The notes beneath the pieces were generated by a model, which did no database searches, was not told where the DNA came from, and saw nothing but the letters and a program-made list of their open reading frames with translations. Source: Bacteroidota bacterium (GTDB lineage Bacteria > Bacteroidota > Bacteroidia > AKYH767-A > OLB10). Taken from it: a stretch of DNA of 63,519 nt. Made by a program: the position numbers and the translations under genes. Positions 1 to 10,109 of this stretch are shown piece by piece. How positions within the stretch are numbered: the stretch's first letter is position 1; every line of letters starts with the position of its first letter. The stretch is taken from the NCBI GenBank assembly GCA_029547265.1, contig JAKPPP010000183.1, forward strand, positions 1 through 63,519, written 5' to 3'.

Positions 1-91
1 CTAATACACGTTCTATACCTAACCATTGGCTAAACCAATCGTTATCGAACATTTTACCGACTACTTTTTCAGCAATTGATTTCGCATCCAT
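1..91 (-). CDS. paaI: PaaI-family hotdog acyl-CoA thioesterase, 5' part only (runs off window edge)
   Basis: Not in the ORF track. Minus-strand ATG at 91 overlaps the ogt stop (TAATG) and reads MDAKSIAEKVVGKMFDNDWFSQWLGIERVL, matching the PaaI N-terminal 'M..D.FS.WLGI' pattern; last visible gene of the paa operon. Confidence 0.75.
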   Translation of the reverse strand, partial: MDAKSIAEKVVGKMFDNDWFSQWLGIERVL

Positions 92-600
92 TATTGTTGC
101 AATGTATTTTTATCTTCGAATAACGTTGGTGTATATACGCCTTTTTCATGATTGAGTAGCCATGATTTTTTCTCGATTCCACCGGCATATCCTGTTAAGC
201 TACCATCAGATCCAATTACACGATGACAAGGAATGACAATGGCAATTGGATTTTTTCCGTTGGCGGAAGCTGCAGCTCGGATTGATTTTTCATCACCCAA
301 GCGCGACGACATTTCATGATAACTCACCGTTTTCCCGTATGGGATATTTAAAAGCTCGTTCCATACTTTCACTTGAAAATCGGTACCACGGGGATTTAAC
401 TTCAGTTCGAAATTATTTCGTGATCCATTGAAATATTCTTCTAACTGTTTTATTGCAGCTATCAAAACATCATTCACTAATGTATTCTGCTCAAAAGGTT
501 GATCGCTAAAGAGCATCTCTGTAACGGCATCATCTTCAACCGTAACATTTATCCAACCTAAAGGCGATAAGTACGATGCTTTAGCGGCAAATAAATCCAT
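91..600 (-). CDS. ogt: Methylated-DNA--protein-cysteine S-methyltransferase (O6-alkylguanine alkyltransferase)
   Basis: GTDFQ..VW..L..IPYG.T.SY, NPIAIVIPCHRVIG (active-site PCHR), GYAGG..KK.WLL..E. Confidence 0.97.
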   Translation of the reverse strand: MDLFAAKASYLSPLGWINVTVEDDAVTEMLFSDQPFEQNTLVNDVLIAAIKQLEEYFNGSRNNFELKLNPRGTDFQVKVWNELLNIPYGKTVSYHEMSSRLGDEKSIRAAASANGKNPIAIVIPCHRVIGSDGSLTGYAGGIEKKSWLLNHEKGVYTPTLFEDKNTLQQ

Positions 601-1772
601 TAGTTATAAAATTTTTTATTTGCAGAACTCATTCTTCTTAGTAATACCGAAGCTCTATATCTATCTTCATGATATTCGTGATATAAATTATCCAATATAC
701 GAACAACCTCACTTACGCCAATTTCATCAGCCCAAGCAAGTAATCCTTTTGGATAATTTACTCCTTTCGTCATAGCAAGATCGATATCATTAGCAGATGC
801 AATTTGATAATGCAAGGCATCAGCAGCTTCATTAATCAGCATTGACAAAACACGATCAACAATTTGTTTTGCGAGTTCATCATTTTTTTCAGGAAGCGGA
901 TTAACAGCACCATCTGCATATGAGAAATATCCCATTCCTGTTTTTCGTCCCAGGCGCCCCGACTCCATCATTTTCTTTTGAATTAATGATGGCTTATAAC
1001 GGGGATCAAAATACATTTGAGTCCACACAGTTTCGGTAACAGTATAATTAATATCGTTACCAATTAAATCCATCAATTCAAACGGCCCCATTCTAAACCC
1101 TGCTTTATCTTTCAAAGCCCAATCGATTGTAGCCATATCAGCAATTCCTTCCTCGCAAATACGCAATGCTTCGCCATAATATGGACGAGCAACACGGTTC
1201 ACTATGAAGCCGGGAGTATCTTTCGTAATAACAGGGACTTTTTTCCACTGCAACATTAATTCCTTACAAGCAGCGGCCAAATCGACTTGCGTTTGAACAG
1301 CGGGGATCACTTCCACCAACGGCATTAAAGGAGCGGGATTAAAGAAATGCAATCCGATTACACGTGAAGGAATTTTGCAAGCAGCAGCAATAGAAGTAAC
1401 AGAAAGAGAAGAAGTATTCGATGCCAGAATAGTTGAATCAGAAACAATTGTTTCCAACGAAGAGAAAACTTCTTTCTTCACACTTAATATTTCAACGATT
1501 GCTTCAATAACTAATCCGCAAGGACTGAGGTCTTTCAAATCGAAAGCCGGTTTTATACGACTTAAGATACCATCGGCATCTTCTTTACTGATTTTCGACT
1601 TTTCAACTAATTTATTCAGTGTAGTTGACAATCCTGAAATTGCCTTCTCAACAGCTTCCTTACGAGTATCAAAAAGGAGAACAGAATGTCCAGCGGTGGC
1701 TGCTACTTGAGCAATACCACTACCCATTGCACCTGCGCCAATTACTCCAACAATTGTATTTTTATTAAACAT
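600..1772 (-). CDS. paaH: 3-hydroxyacyl-CoA (3-hydroxyadipyl-CoA) dehydrogenase
   Basis: GAGAMGSGIA Rossmann motif, SNTSS, GLHFFNPAPLMPLVEV, PGFIVNR, MGPFELMDLIG; paa context. Confidence 0.9.
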   Translation of the reverse strand: MFNKNTIVGVIGAGAMGSGIAQVAATAGHSVLLFDTRKEAVEKAISGLSTTLNKLVEKSKISKEDADGILSRIKPAFDLKDLSPCGLVIEAIVEILSVKKEVFSSLETIVSDSTILASNTSSLSVTSIAAACKIPSRVIGLHFFNPAPLMPLVEVIPAVQTQVDLAAACKELMLQWKKVPVITKDTPGFIVNRVARPYYGEALRICEEGIADMATIDWALKDKAGFRMGPFELMDLIGNDINYTVTETVWTQMYFDPRYKPSLIQKKMMESGRLGRKTGMGYFSYADGAVNPLPEKNDELAKQIVDRVLSMLINEAADALHYQIASANDIDLAMTKGVNYPKGLLAWADEIGVSEVVRILDNLYHEYHEDRYRASVLLRRMSSANKKFYN

Positions 1773-1793
1773 AACGTTAATGGGTATCCTAAA

Positions 1794-2576
1794 TTACTCT
1801 CCTTTAAATATAGGTTTTCTTTTTTCAAGAAATGCATTTACACCTTCTTGATAATCGTAAGTATTACCTGCAGCTGCTTGAATAATCTCTTCTCTATCAA
1901 GTTGAGCATCGAGCGTATTAGTCATTGAATCATTCAACAACTGTTTTGTTAGTGCTATTCCTTTTGTAGGCATATTTGATAAAGTAGTTGCGATTGCCAT
2001 CGACTCAGCAGTCAAATGAGCATCATCACAAACTTTATAAATCATTCCCATTTGCAAAGCATCAGAAGCTGAAACTTTATCACCCAGCATCATTAATGCT
2101 GCTGCGCGTTGAAATCCGATGATACGTGGCAAGAAGAATGTCCCGCCACTATCAGGCACCAATCCGATTTTACTAAACGCTTGAATAAAAGAAGCGGAAG
2201 CACCGGCTATAACTATATCACAAGCTAAAGCAATATTTGCACCTGCACCTGCAGCAACGCCATTCACAGCACAAACGACAGGCTTTTCAATGGCTCTAAT
2301 TTTCTTAATAACGGGGTTATAATGTTCGCGAACGATCGTTTGAATTCCGGGACCTGAAGTATCGATCGCCTCAGCAAGATCTTGTCCTGCACAAAATGCT
2401 TTCCCTTCAGCTGTTATCAATACAGCGCGAACTGATTTATCGCCTGCAAAAGCATCGAGCACCGACTGCAATGCCAATGCCATCTCGCGATTAAAACTAT
2501 TAAATTTATCGGGGCGATTTAAACGGATGATTCCTATTCCGTTTTCAACTGATGATAATATAGAGCTCATTTGCAA
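1794..2576 (-). CDS. paaG: Ring-1,2-epoxyphenylacetyl-CoA isomerase (crotonase family)
   Basis: LNRPDKFNSFN, AFCAGQDL, AVNGVAAGAGANIALACD, GLVPDSGG, EGVNAFLEKRKP. Confidence 0.92.
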   Translation of the reverse strand: MQMSSILSSVENGIGIIRLNRPDKFNSFNREMALALQSVLDAFAGDKSVRAVLITAEGKAFCAGQDLAEAIDTSGPGIQTIVREHYNPVIKKIRAIEKPVVCAVNGVAAGAGANIALACDIVIAGASASFIQAFSKIGLVPDSGGTFFLPRIIGFQRAAALMMLGDKVSASDALQMGMIYKVCDDAHLTAESMAIATTLSNMPTKGIALTKQLLNDSMTNTLDAQLDREEIIQAAAGNTYDYQEGVNAFLEKRKPIFKGE

Positions 2577-2636
2577 TAATCTTTACTGCAAAGTAAGCTA
2601 AAAAGAAGAAGAGAAACGAGGGAAAATGAAATTCTG

Positions 2637-3128
2637 TTAATGGCATTTAAAATGCTCGAAAGGCTGACGGCATTCGTTGCAGAAATACAGTGCTTTACAA
2701 GCTGTTGAACCAAATTGGCTTGTAAGGGCAGTGTCCTCGGAGCGACAAAAAGGGCATTTCAACGGACCCTTATCCGATTTAGCGAATGGATGCAGATTTT
2801 CGAACGATAATTTATCAGGAGGAGCGATGCCATAAGCTCTTAATTTCTCTTTAGTAGCATCGCTCATCCAATCAGTTGTCCAAGCCGGCTTAAAAACGAC
2901 ATTTACTTTCACGTCGAGGCCTTCCAACATTAATTTTGCTTTCACCTGGTCCTCCATCATTTTCATTGCGGGACAACCGGTATAAGTAGGAGTCATATCG
3001 ACTATCACGGAAGATCCTTCGACCTTCACATCACGCACAACGCCCAACTCAACAATACTGATAGCCGGAACCTCCGGATCAGGAATTGAATTAAGCATTT
3101 CCCAAACAGCCTCTTTCGAAATAGTCAT
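2637..3128 (-). CDS. paaD: Phenylacetyl-CoA epoxidase maturation subunit PaaD (PaaJ; DUF59 family)
   Basis: DPEVP.ISIVELG.VR, TPTYTGCPA, PAWTTDW, CPFC...FGSTACKAL..C..C..PFEHFKCH. Confidence 0.95.
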   Translation of the reverse strand: MTISKEAVWEMLNSIPDPEVPAISIVELGVVRDVKVEGSSVIVDMTPTYTGCPAMKMMEDQVKAKLMLEGLDVKVNVVFKPAWTTDWMSDATKEKLRAYGIAPPDKLSFENLHPFAKSDKGPLKCPFCRSEDTALTSQFGSTACKALYFCNECRQPFEHFKCH

Positions 3129-3140
3129 ATTAAAAAAATG

Positions 3141-3905
3141 TTACCAGATAGCATCAGGATAAGCACGAGGCAAGAACTGCATTTCTGCAAGAATATAGCC
3201 TAAATGCTCGGTATGCATTCCGTTAATTCCACCCGAAGATTGATATCCACCTTCAGCAGGTTTAGTCAATTTAGCTTGAGTGAAAATTTCATCTACTAAA
3301 TTCAACCAATCTTGTTTTAATGTAGTTAAATCGACAGCAATACCTTCTTTAACAAGAAGAGCATCCACTTCATTTTGCTCAAATAATTCAGCGGTATACA
3401 TCCACAATTCTTCTAAAGAATTATTGATGCGACGATGACTTTCTTCGGTACCATCACCAAGACGTACTACCCAATCGCCACAATGACGAACGTGATAAGT
3501 AACCTCTTTAATTGCTTTTGCAGAAAGTCCGGAAATTGTTTCATCCTTACTATTCATCAAAGCACGGAACTGGAGATAAGAAAGACAGCTATATAAAAAA
3601 GATCGCAACATAGCTGTTCCGAAATCTTTATGATCAGGTTGTTCAACCAAATTACGGTTTACAAATTCACGAGCATCACGACGGAAAGCCAAATCATCTT
3701 CAGTACGACCTTTACCCTCTAACGTTGCCGCATAGGAGTAAAATCCACGAGCTTGTCCGATAAGATCGAGCGCCATATTACTCATAGCGATATCTTCTTC
3801 GAGGATAGGACCGTGTCCGCTCCACTCCGACAAACGATGAGCAAGAATGCTTGAATTATCAGCTATTCTTAAACAATATTCTTTAAGTGCGTCGTTCAAG
3901 ATCAT
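3141..3905 (-). CDS. paaC: 1,2-phenylacetyl-CoA epoxidase subunit C
   Basis: LAHRLSEW.GHGP.LEEDIA..N.ALDLIGQAR, KEVTYH, RLGDGTEESH, HTEHLGYILAEMQ. Confidence 0.96.
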   Translation of the reverse strand: MILNDALKEYCLRIADNSSILAHRLSEWSGHGPILEEDIAMSNMALDLIGQARGFYSYAATLEGKGRTEDDLAFRRDAREFVNRNLVEQPDHKDFGTAMLRSFLYSCLSYLQFRALMNSKDETISGLSAKAIKEVTYHVRHCGDWVVRLGDGTEESHRRINNSLEELWMYTAELFEQNEVDALLVKEGIAVDLTTLKQDWLNLVDEIFTQAKLTKPAEGGYQSSGGINGMHTEHLGYILAEMQFLPRAYPDAIW

Positions 3906-4198
3906 GATATCTGTTTGATTCCTTCCGGAGTTTTAAAATAATTAGGCCAGCGATACATTTTATCGTTTGCAGGATCAAAGAAAGGTCCAACATCTTCGGG
4001 AGTAGAAGCCACAATAGCAGTAGCAGGAACAACCCACATATTAACACCTTCTAATCGGCGACCGTAAACATCTCTTGCATTTAGCAAAGCCATTTCTCCA
4101 TCGGGAGCATGTACGCTTCCTGCATGCTCATGAGCTGAACCATTTTTAGGTTGAATAAACACTTCCCAAATTGGCCACTGATGATTATTATCTGACAT
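3902..4198 (-). CDS. paaB: 1,2-phenylacetyl-CoA epoxidase subunit B
   Basis: WPIWEVF, H.GSVHA.D.EMAL.NARDVY.RR.EG...WVV. Confidence 0.96.
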   Translation of the reverse strand: MSDNNHQWPIWEVFIQPKNGSAHEHAGSVHAPDGEMALLNARDVYGRRLEGVNMWVVPATAIVASTPEDVGPFFDPANDKMYRWPNYFKTPEGIKQIS

Positions 4199-4225
4199 AA
4201 ATCTGTAGTTTTTACTTTTGAATAA

Positions 4226-5182
4226 TTATTTTTTAGAAGCCGCTTTTTTTGCAGAATACGCTGCTGCTGCTTCACGAACCCAAGCACCATTATTATGCGC
4301 ATCGGTACGTTGTTTCATTCTTAATTTATTACAAGGACCATTTCCGCTGATCACCTGGTTAAATTCTGCCCAGTTAATTTCACCGAATTCATAGTGACGA
4401 GTTGATTCATTCCACTTCAATTTATCATCAGGAATTCTCAAACCAATAGCTTCGGCTTGCGGAACAGTACGATCGATAAAGCGCTGGCGTAAATCATCAT
4501 TCGAATGCAATTTCACCTTCCATTTCATAAGGTCGGCGCTATTTGGCGAATTAGTATCGGAAGGGCCAAACATCATTAAGGCAGGCCACCAAAAACGGTT
4601 CATCGCATCTTGGGCCATATCGCGTTGTTCTTTCGTTCCACGCATTAGATAAGCCATAATTTGATATCCCTGTTTGTTATGGAAGTTCTCCTCTTTACAA
4701 ATGCGGAGCATTGCGCGAGAATAAGGGCCATATGAACATTTTGCCAGAACTGTCTGATTTACAATAGCTGCGCCATCAACCAACCAACCAATTGCGCCAA
4801 TATCGGCCCAAGATAAAGTAGGATAATTGAAAATTGAAGAATATTTTGCCTTACCGGAAAGGAGCTGATCGATCATTTCTGAACGATCCATGCCTAAAGT
4901 TTCAGCTGCGCTGTAGATATAAAGACCATGTCCCGCTTCATCTTGCACTTTAGCCAACAATACAGCTTTACGAGCCAAAGAAGGAGCACGAGTGATCCAA
5001 TTACCTTCCGGAAGCATTCCAACAACTTCAGAATGAGCATGTTGTGACATCATTCTCAACAACTGCTTACGATACCTTTCAGGCATCCAATCTTTAGGTT
5101 CGATTGTTTTGCCGCCGGCAATTTTTGCATCGAACTCCGCTTCACGTTTATTTAATTCTTCTACTGATAGAGTTGTTTCCAT
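4226..5182 (-). CDS. paaA: 1,2-phenylacetyl-CoA epoxidase catalytic subunit A
   Basis: [37 protein letters not shown] and CKEE.FH di-iron ExxH motifs. Start moved to ATG 5182 (METTLS). Confidence 0.97.
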   Translation of the reverse strand: METTLSVEELNKREAEFDAKIAGGKTIEPKDWMPERYRKQLLRMMSQHAHSEVVGMLPEGNWITRAPSLARKAVLLAKVQDEAGHGLYIYSAAETLGMDRSEMIDQLLSGKAKYSSIFNYPTLSWADIGAIGWLVDGAAIVNQTVLAKCSYGPYSRAMLRICKEENFHNKQGYQIMAYLMRGTKEQRDMAQDAMNRFWWPALMMFGPSDTNSPNSADLMKWKVKLHSNDDLRQRFIDRTVPQAEAIGLRIPDDKLKWNESTRHYEFGEINWAEFNQVISGNGPCNKLRMKQRTDAHNNGAWVREAAAAYSAKKAASKK

Positions 5183-5397
5183 ACCTATATTTGAGGTTTG
5201 TTTGGGGTTGGCTAAATTACGGTTTACAAAATGCATGAGCAAATGAGTAATATCAGATTATAACATAATTATGAATGGAAAAGTTCATTAGTTATCGAGG
5301 GTATTTATGTAACAACTAGACAAGAAAATCAGTATAAACACATCGAGAAACTTCACTAAATCGGCTGAAAACGATTTAGTTATCTAAAATTGCAATT

Positions 5398-6204
5398 ATG
5401 AGAAAAGCGCATTATCTATTGATTATGAGTACATTAGCTTTATTATTAAGCTCATGTCGACATGTCAAAGATGTAACTTACTTTCAAGCATCAAGGGACA
5501 CTTCGAGCAAAAAGGTAACCTACCCCAACTTCGATAAAGGTCATGAAATTAAAACTTCTATGTATGAAGCAATAATTCAACCTAACGACATTTTGTCGAT
5601 TTATGTATCGAGTTTAAGTCAAGAAGCGAGTAGTTTCTTCAATACAATCACAAAATCAGAGCGTCCCGATTTTGGCGACAGCTACTCTACACGTCCGAAT
5701 GTTGGATATATGGTAGATGTAAACGGCTATATTGAGATGCCATTAGTAGGAAAAGTAAAACTTGCAGGATTAACAACAACCGTTGCACGCGATACATTAC
5801 AAAAACGACTAGAACAATATCTTCAATCACCGAATGTGCGCCTTTATTTTGAAAACTTTAAGGTGACAATCCTAGGAGAAGTAACGCATCCCGGAGTATT
5901 TTCGGTAACCAATGAAAAAATCACTGTTCCTGAAGCGATAGGAATGGCCGGCGACTTAAATATCTATGGAAACAGAAGAGATGTTCTATTGATTAGAGAA
6001 GAAAACGGTGTTAAAACCTACACTAAAATAGATTTAACGCGTCGCGACTTATTTACCGCTCCATATTATTACTTGCACTCTAACGACATTTTATATGTTC
6101 CGCCTGTGAAAGATAAGTTAGCACAATCAGATAATTTCTACAGAGTTGCACCAATGTTAATCAGCTTAGGAACACTATTAGCCTTTGTATTAATCAATCG
6201 CTAA
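5398..6204 (+). CDS. wza: Polysaccharide export outer-membrane lipoprotein (Wza/OPX)
   Basis: Lipobox LSSC, IQPNDILSIYV, GYIEMPLVG.V..AGLT, SLBB VTILGEV..PG. Confidence 0.93.
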   Translation: MRKAHYLLIMSTLALLLSSCRHVKDVTYFQASRDTSSKKVTYPNFDKGHEIKTSMYEAIIQPNDILSIYVSSLSQEASSFFNTITKSERPDFGDSYSTRPNVGYMVDVNGYIEMPLVGKVKLAGLTTTVARDTLQKRLEQYLQSPNVRLYFENFKVTILGEVTHPGVFSVTNEKITVPEAIGMAGDLNIYGNRRDVLLIREENGVKTYTKIDLTRRDLFTAPYYYLHSNDILYVPPVKDKLAQSDNFYRVAPMLISLGTLLAFVLINR

Positions 6205-6237
6205 TTTTCACTTCCCTCCTATTATATACTGCGTATT

Positions 6238-8721
6238 ATGAATCAACAACAAGAGACAAATCCAAACGAATATAAAGTCTCGAATCCCAATAATGCTAAT
6301 GAGCAGCAAAATGACAACAACGGACAGATTAATTTTGGTCAGTTGTTTAACAAGTATTTTTTGCGCTATTGGTATTTATATATCTACACATTAAGTCTTG
6401 CCTTAGTAACATCATACTTCTACAACTGGTATGCAGATCGAGTTTACTATACTAGTTGTACTGTTTTAATTAAAGACGATAAGCAACGAATAAATAGTAC
6501 CGACTTATTAACTCAATTAAACGCATTCAACAATGAAGGCGGAATTGAAAATGAAATTGGAATTTTAAGATCAAGATTATTGATTTTGAAAACTATTGAA
6601 GAATTAGAACTCTACAAATCATATTCATTAGTTGGTGACGTAAAAACAACTGAAGTATATGCAGAGAATCCGATTCGATTAAAAGAAGATACACTATACA
6701 CGCTGGCATACAATACTAAAATCGAATTAGAGGTTGTAAACTCCAGAAAATATAAATTAACCTATAGAAGTGGAGCAACAGAACATATCGGGTATTATTT
6801 ATTCGGAAGAAAAATCAGTAATAAACTAGGTATCTTCTCAATTGACGCGACATCATATTTCCACAACAATCCTTATAATGATGCGAAGTATACAAAAAGA
6901 AAATTCTCGATTAGAATATCAGACAAAGATGCGCTAACCGATTTATATCAAACAGCATTAAAAGCTGAGCCTATCAGCAAACAAGCGTCTATGCTTCAAC
7001 TTTCGATTCAAGGAGCAACTCCTTCAAAGAATGAAGCCTTTTTAAATAAGCTATGTGCGTTATATGTACAAAAAGGAATTGAAGTTAAAAACGAATATGC
7101 GGTAAACACATTGAGTTTCATCGATGAACAACTTCGCCTATTAACAGGAGAAATCGATGCAAACGAAAACAATGTAGAGCACTTCAGGGTAACGCGAGGA
7201 ATTACTGACTTATCGATTGAAGCAAACTCCTATTTAGAAAGCGTTAAAAACTTCGACATTCAAATTTCAGAATTACAAGTTCAGTTAAGCTTCCTCGACT
7301 ACTTAGAAAAATACGTAACTACGGATAACAAGAACTTAACTGGAAACATTTCTCCTGCCAGTATCTTGGTAAAGGATCCATTGTTACAAAGTTTGGTATT
7401 GAAGTTAAATGAGATGGAGAACAGAAAAAAATCTCAATCCAACTTAGCTAAAGCCGACAACCCGATTATGGTAAGTTTAAATACCGAAATCGCAAATACG
7501 AAAGCTGCTTTACTTGAAAATATTAAATCATTAAGAAGCGGATTAAGAGCATCGTTGCAAGAAGCGATTAGTCAAAAATCGGAAGTTCAAGGTAAATTAC
7601 GCTTATTACCAGGAGCACAACGTGAACTACAATCAATGCTTCGTGGATCGAATATCAAAGAACAACTATACTCCTATTTATTACAAAAGAAAGCAGAAAC
7701 TGCAATCTTGTTAGCTTCAACAACAGCTGATAATAGAGTAATTGATAGTGCCAGAACATTTATCAAGCCATTAAAACCGGTAAAAAGTTTAAGTTATTCA
7801 TTAGCGATAATCCTAGGATTACTTTTACCTGCAATTATCATCTACCTAAGATCAGCTTTAAATGATCGAATTGTAGACAGAAACGATTTAGATGCGAAAA
7901 CAAATATTCCTGTAATCGGAATGATTGGACTAAGCGCATCGAAATCAAGTTTAGTAGTTTCAGAGAAACCGAATTCACATATTTCGGAAGCATTCCGATC
8001 GATACGAACCAACTTACAATATTTCAATCAAGGAAAGACTAAAAGCACTATCCTGATTACTTCATCTATTTCATCAGAAGGAAAAAGTTTTTGCTCTATC
8101 AACTTAGCCGCAATGATGGCAATGTCGGGAAGAAAAACTATCCTGGTGGGATGTGACTTAAGAAAGCCGAAAATCACCATCGGTTTTGACTTTGTTAGTG
8201 AAGTAGGTTTGAGTAATTATCTCATCGGAATTGCATCAGAAAAAGATGTGATTCAAAATTCGGGTACCATTCCGAACCTCGACATTATTCTATCAGGTCC
8301 TAAGCCACCGAATCCTTCGGAGCTCGTGATCTCACCGAAGATGGATGTGCTGTTTGAATACTTAAAAGCTAACTACGACTATATTATTCTAGATACACCT
8401 CCTATCGGATTAATTACCGATGCGATGGTATTATCGAAATACGCTGATATCAATGTTTATGTGGTACGTCAAAGAGTAACACGCAAGCATCACCTTAACT
8501 ATGTTAACAAGATTTACCAAGAAGGTAAACTTAAAAATGTATGTATTGTATTCAATGCCATCAAAGCTGTAAACAGAAATTATGGTTACGGATATGAATA
8601 TGGATACGGATATGGTTATGGCTACGGATATGGCTACGGATACTACGAAGAAGATAAACAAGAGCGCGGAGTTAAAGGCATATTCAAAAGGATCTTTAAA
8701 AAATCATCCTCAAAAGCTTAA
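6238..8721 (+). CDS. wzc: Polysaccharide co-polymerase / BY-kinase (Wzc)
   Basis: Two TM segments with coiled-coil periplasmic domain, EAFRSIRTNL, Walker A SSEGKS, DLRKP, IILDTPP, C-terminal Tyr cluster. Confidence 0.95.
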   Translation: MNQQQETNPNEYKVSNPNNANEQQNDNNGQINFGQLFNKYFLRYWYLYIYTLSLALVTSYFYNWYADRVYYTSCTVLIKDDKQRINSTDLLTQLNAFNNEGGIENEIGILRSRLLILKTIEELELYKSYSLVGDVKTTEVYAENPIRLKEDTLYTLAYNTKIELEVVNSRKYKLTYRSGATEHIGYYLFGRKISNKLGIFSIDATSYFHNNPYNDAKYTKRKFSIRISDKDALTDLYQTALKAEPISKQASMLQLSIQGATPSKNEAFLNKLCALYVQKGIEVKNEYAVNTLSFIDEQLRLLTGEIDANENNVEHFRVTRGITDLSIEANSYLESVKNFDIQISELQVQLSFLDYLEKYVTTDNKNLTGNISPASILVKDPLLQSLVLKLNEMENRKKSQSNLAKADNPIMVSLNTEIANTKAALLENIKSLRSGLRASLQEAISQKSEVQGKLRLLPGAQRELQSMLRGSNIKEQLYSYLLQKKAETAILLASTTADNRVIDSARTFIKPLKPVKSLSYSLAIILGLLLPAIIIYLRSALNDRIVDRNDLDAKTNIPVIGMIGLSASKSSLVVSEKPNSHISEAFRSIRTNLQYFNQGKTKSTILITSSISSEGKSFCSINLAAMMAMSGRKTILVGCDLRKPKITIGFDFVSEVGLSNYLIGIASEKDVIQNSGTIPNLDIILSGPKPPNPSELVISPKMDVLFEYLKANYDYIILDTPPIGLITDAMVLSKYADINVYVVRQRVTRKHHLNYVNKIYQEGKLKNVCIVFNAIKAVNRNYGYGYEYGYGYGYGYGYGYGYYEEDKQERGVKGIFKRIFKKSSSKA
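8581..8646 (+). repeat. (Tyr-Gly)n coding repeat = Wzc autophosphorylation tyrosine cluster (12 Tyr in 22 codons)
   Basis: tat ggt tac gga tat gaa tat gga ... tac tac; mixed synonymous codons. Confidence 0.9.
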
Positions 8722-8750
8722 TTTGAGGATGATGTTACCTCTCATAGTCG

Positions 8751-10103
8751 ATGAAAAAACGACTTAGCAAGAAAATTAGCGAACTATTCGACAAAGAATC
8801 TAAAACACTTTTCAAAAACAGTTCATGGGTATTTATTGCAAATACTTACGGAGTTGGATTAGCATTTCTTAGATCAATTGTAATTGCTCGTGGTTTAGGT
8901 GCCGAAATCCTTGGTATCTACACCGTAATTATTGCTTTCGTGGTAACAGTTCAAGAAATATTAAAGCTGAATGTCCCATTAGGAATTATAAAGTACGGTG
9001 CGCATTTCATCTCAGAAGATCGTCATGATAAATTAGTAAGCTTATTAAAAAGCGGAATAGCAGCTAGTATGCTATCGGCCTTCGCCTCCGTGATTATCAT
9101 AAGCATATTGACGCACTTTACCTATGAACATTTCTTTGATATTCCCGGTCTTCAAAAATTCATCATTTTATACTCAATAATCAATGGCATAGCATTCCTT
9201 GACAATATAGGAAGAGCGACGCTGAAGATCTATTATAAATTCAGGCTAAACTCCATTGTTCAAATGAGTATGGACACGTTTGAATTTATTACAATTACTA
9301 CTTGTATTTATTTATTCCACAATAATCTGGATTATTTCTTTTATGCAGTAGTATTTTCAAAATTGATTAATTCCACAATCTGCAATTTGGCAGTTTTCTA
9401 TGAATTACGAAGAGAATTAAAAAATCACTTAGGAACAGGAATCAATAAAATAAAAGACCAATACAAAGAGATAAGCAATTTCATCATTGGAAATTCCTTC
9501 GGAAATACATTAAAAACATTCCTTAACCAAGGAGATGTTTTACTATTAAATCTGTGGGGAAGTCATGCAGCAGTTGGATTATACAGTGTATCGAAAAAAC
9601 TTGCTTATGCTATACTAACTGTGACTGATCCACTGGTAACATCAATTTATCCTCAACTAGCACACTTAGTATCTCAAAAGAAATATGTTGAATTAAAATT
9701 AATGCTCAGCAAAATCACCAAATTAGCATTGATTCCGGTCACTTTCTTTACATTGATAGTATTTGCATTCAAAGGACATATCATAACATTTATCTATGGA
9801 GAAGAATTCAGATCTGCGGCACAAACATTCTTTATTCATTTCATTGGAGCTGTTCAAGGTTCATTATTCTTTTGGTGCTTACCATTAATTCAAGGACTAG
9901 GATTAACTTACTTAAGATTACAAAGCTATATCATAGCAATTATTATAGATGTACTATTAGCTTGGCAATTAACTCCACAATATGGAGCCAATGGAGTTGC
10001 TATTGGACTATTAGCGGCCAATTTAATTACTACATTCTACTTCGTATATTACTCTCAAAGAAAAATCAACACGGAAATTAAATTATCAGTTTCCACAATA
10101 TAA
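8751..10103 (+). CDS. wzx: Oligosaccharide flippase (Wzx, MOP family)
   Basis: KNSSW....N, ARGLGAE..G.Y, D.LLL.......VGLYS, multiple TM helices. Confidence 0.88.
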   Translation: MKKRLSKKISELFDKESKTLFKNSSWVFIANTYGVGLAFLRSIVIARGLGAEILGIYTVIIAFVVTVQEILKLNVPLGIIKYGAHFISEDRHDKLVSLLKSGIAASMLSAFASVIIISILTHFTYEHFFDIPGLQKFIILYSIINGIAFLDNIGRATLKIYYKFRLNSIVQMSMDTFEFITITTCIYLFHNNLDYFFYAVVFSKLINSTICNLAVFYELRRELKNHLGTGINKIKDQYKEISNFIIGNSFGNTLKTFLNQGDVLLLNLWGSHAAVGLYSVSKKLAYAILTVTDPLVTSIYPQLAHLVSQKKYVELKLMLSKITKLALIPVTFFTLIVFAFKGHIITFIYGEEFRSAAQTFFIHFIGAVQGSLFFWCLPLIQGLGLTYLRLQSYIIAIIIDVLLAWQLTPQYGANGVAIGLLAANLITTFYFVYYSQRKINTEIKLSVSTI

Positions 10104-10109
10104 GTTCAT

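Noticed and set aside
5243-5397. Invertible (phase-variable) promoter for the capsule locus
   Set aside because: No flanking inverted repeats or recombinase seen.
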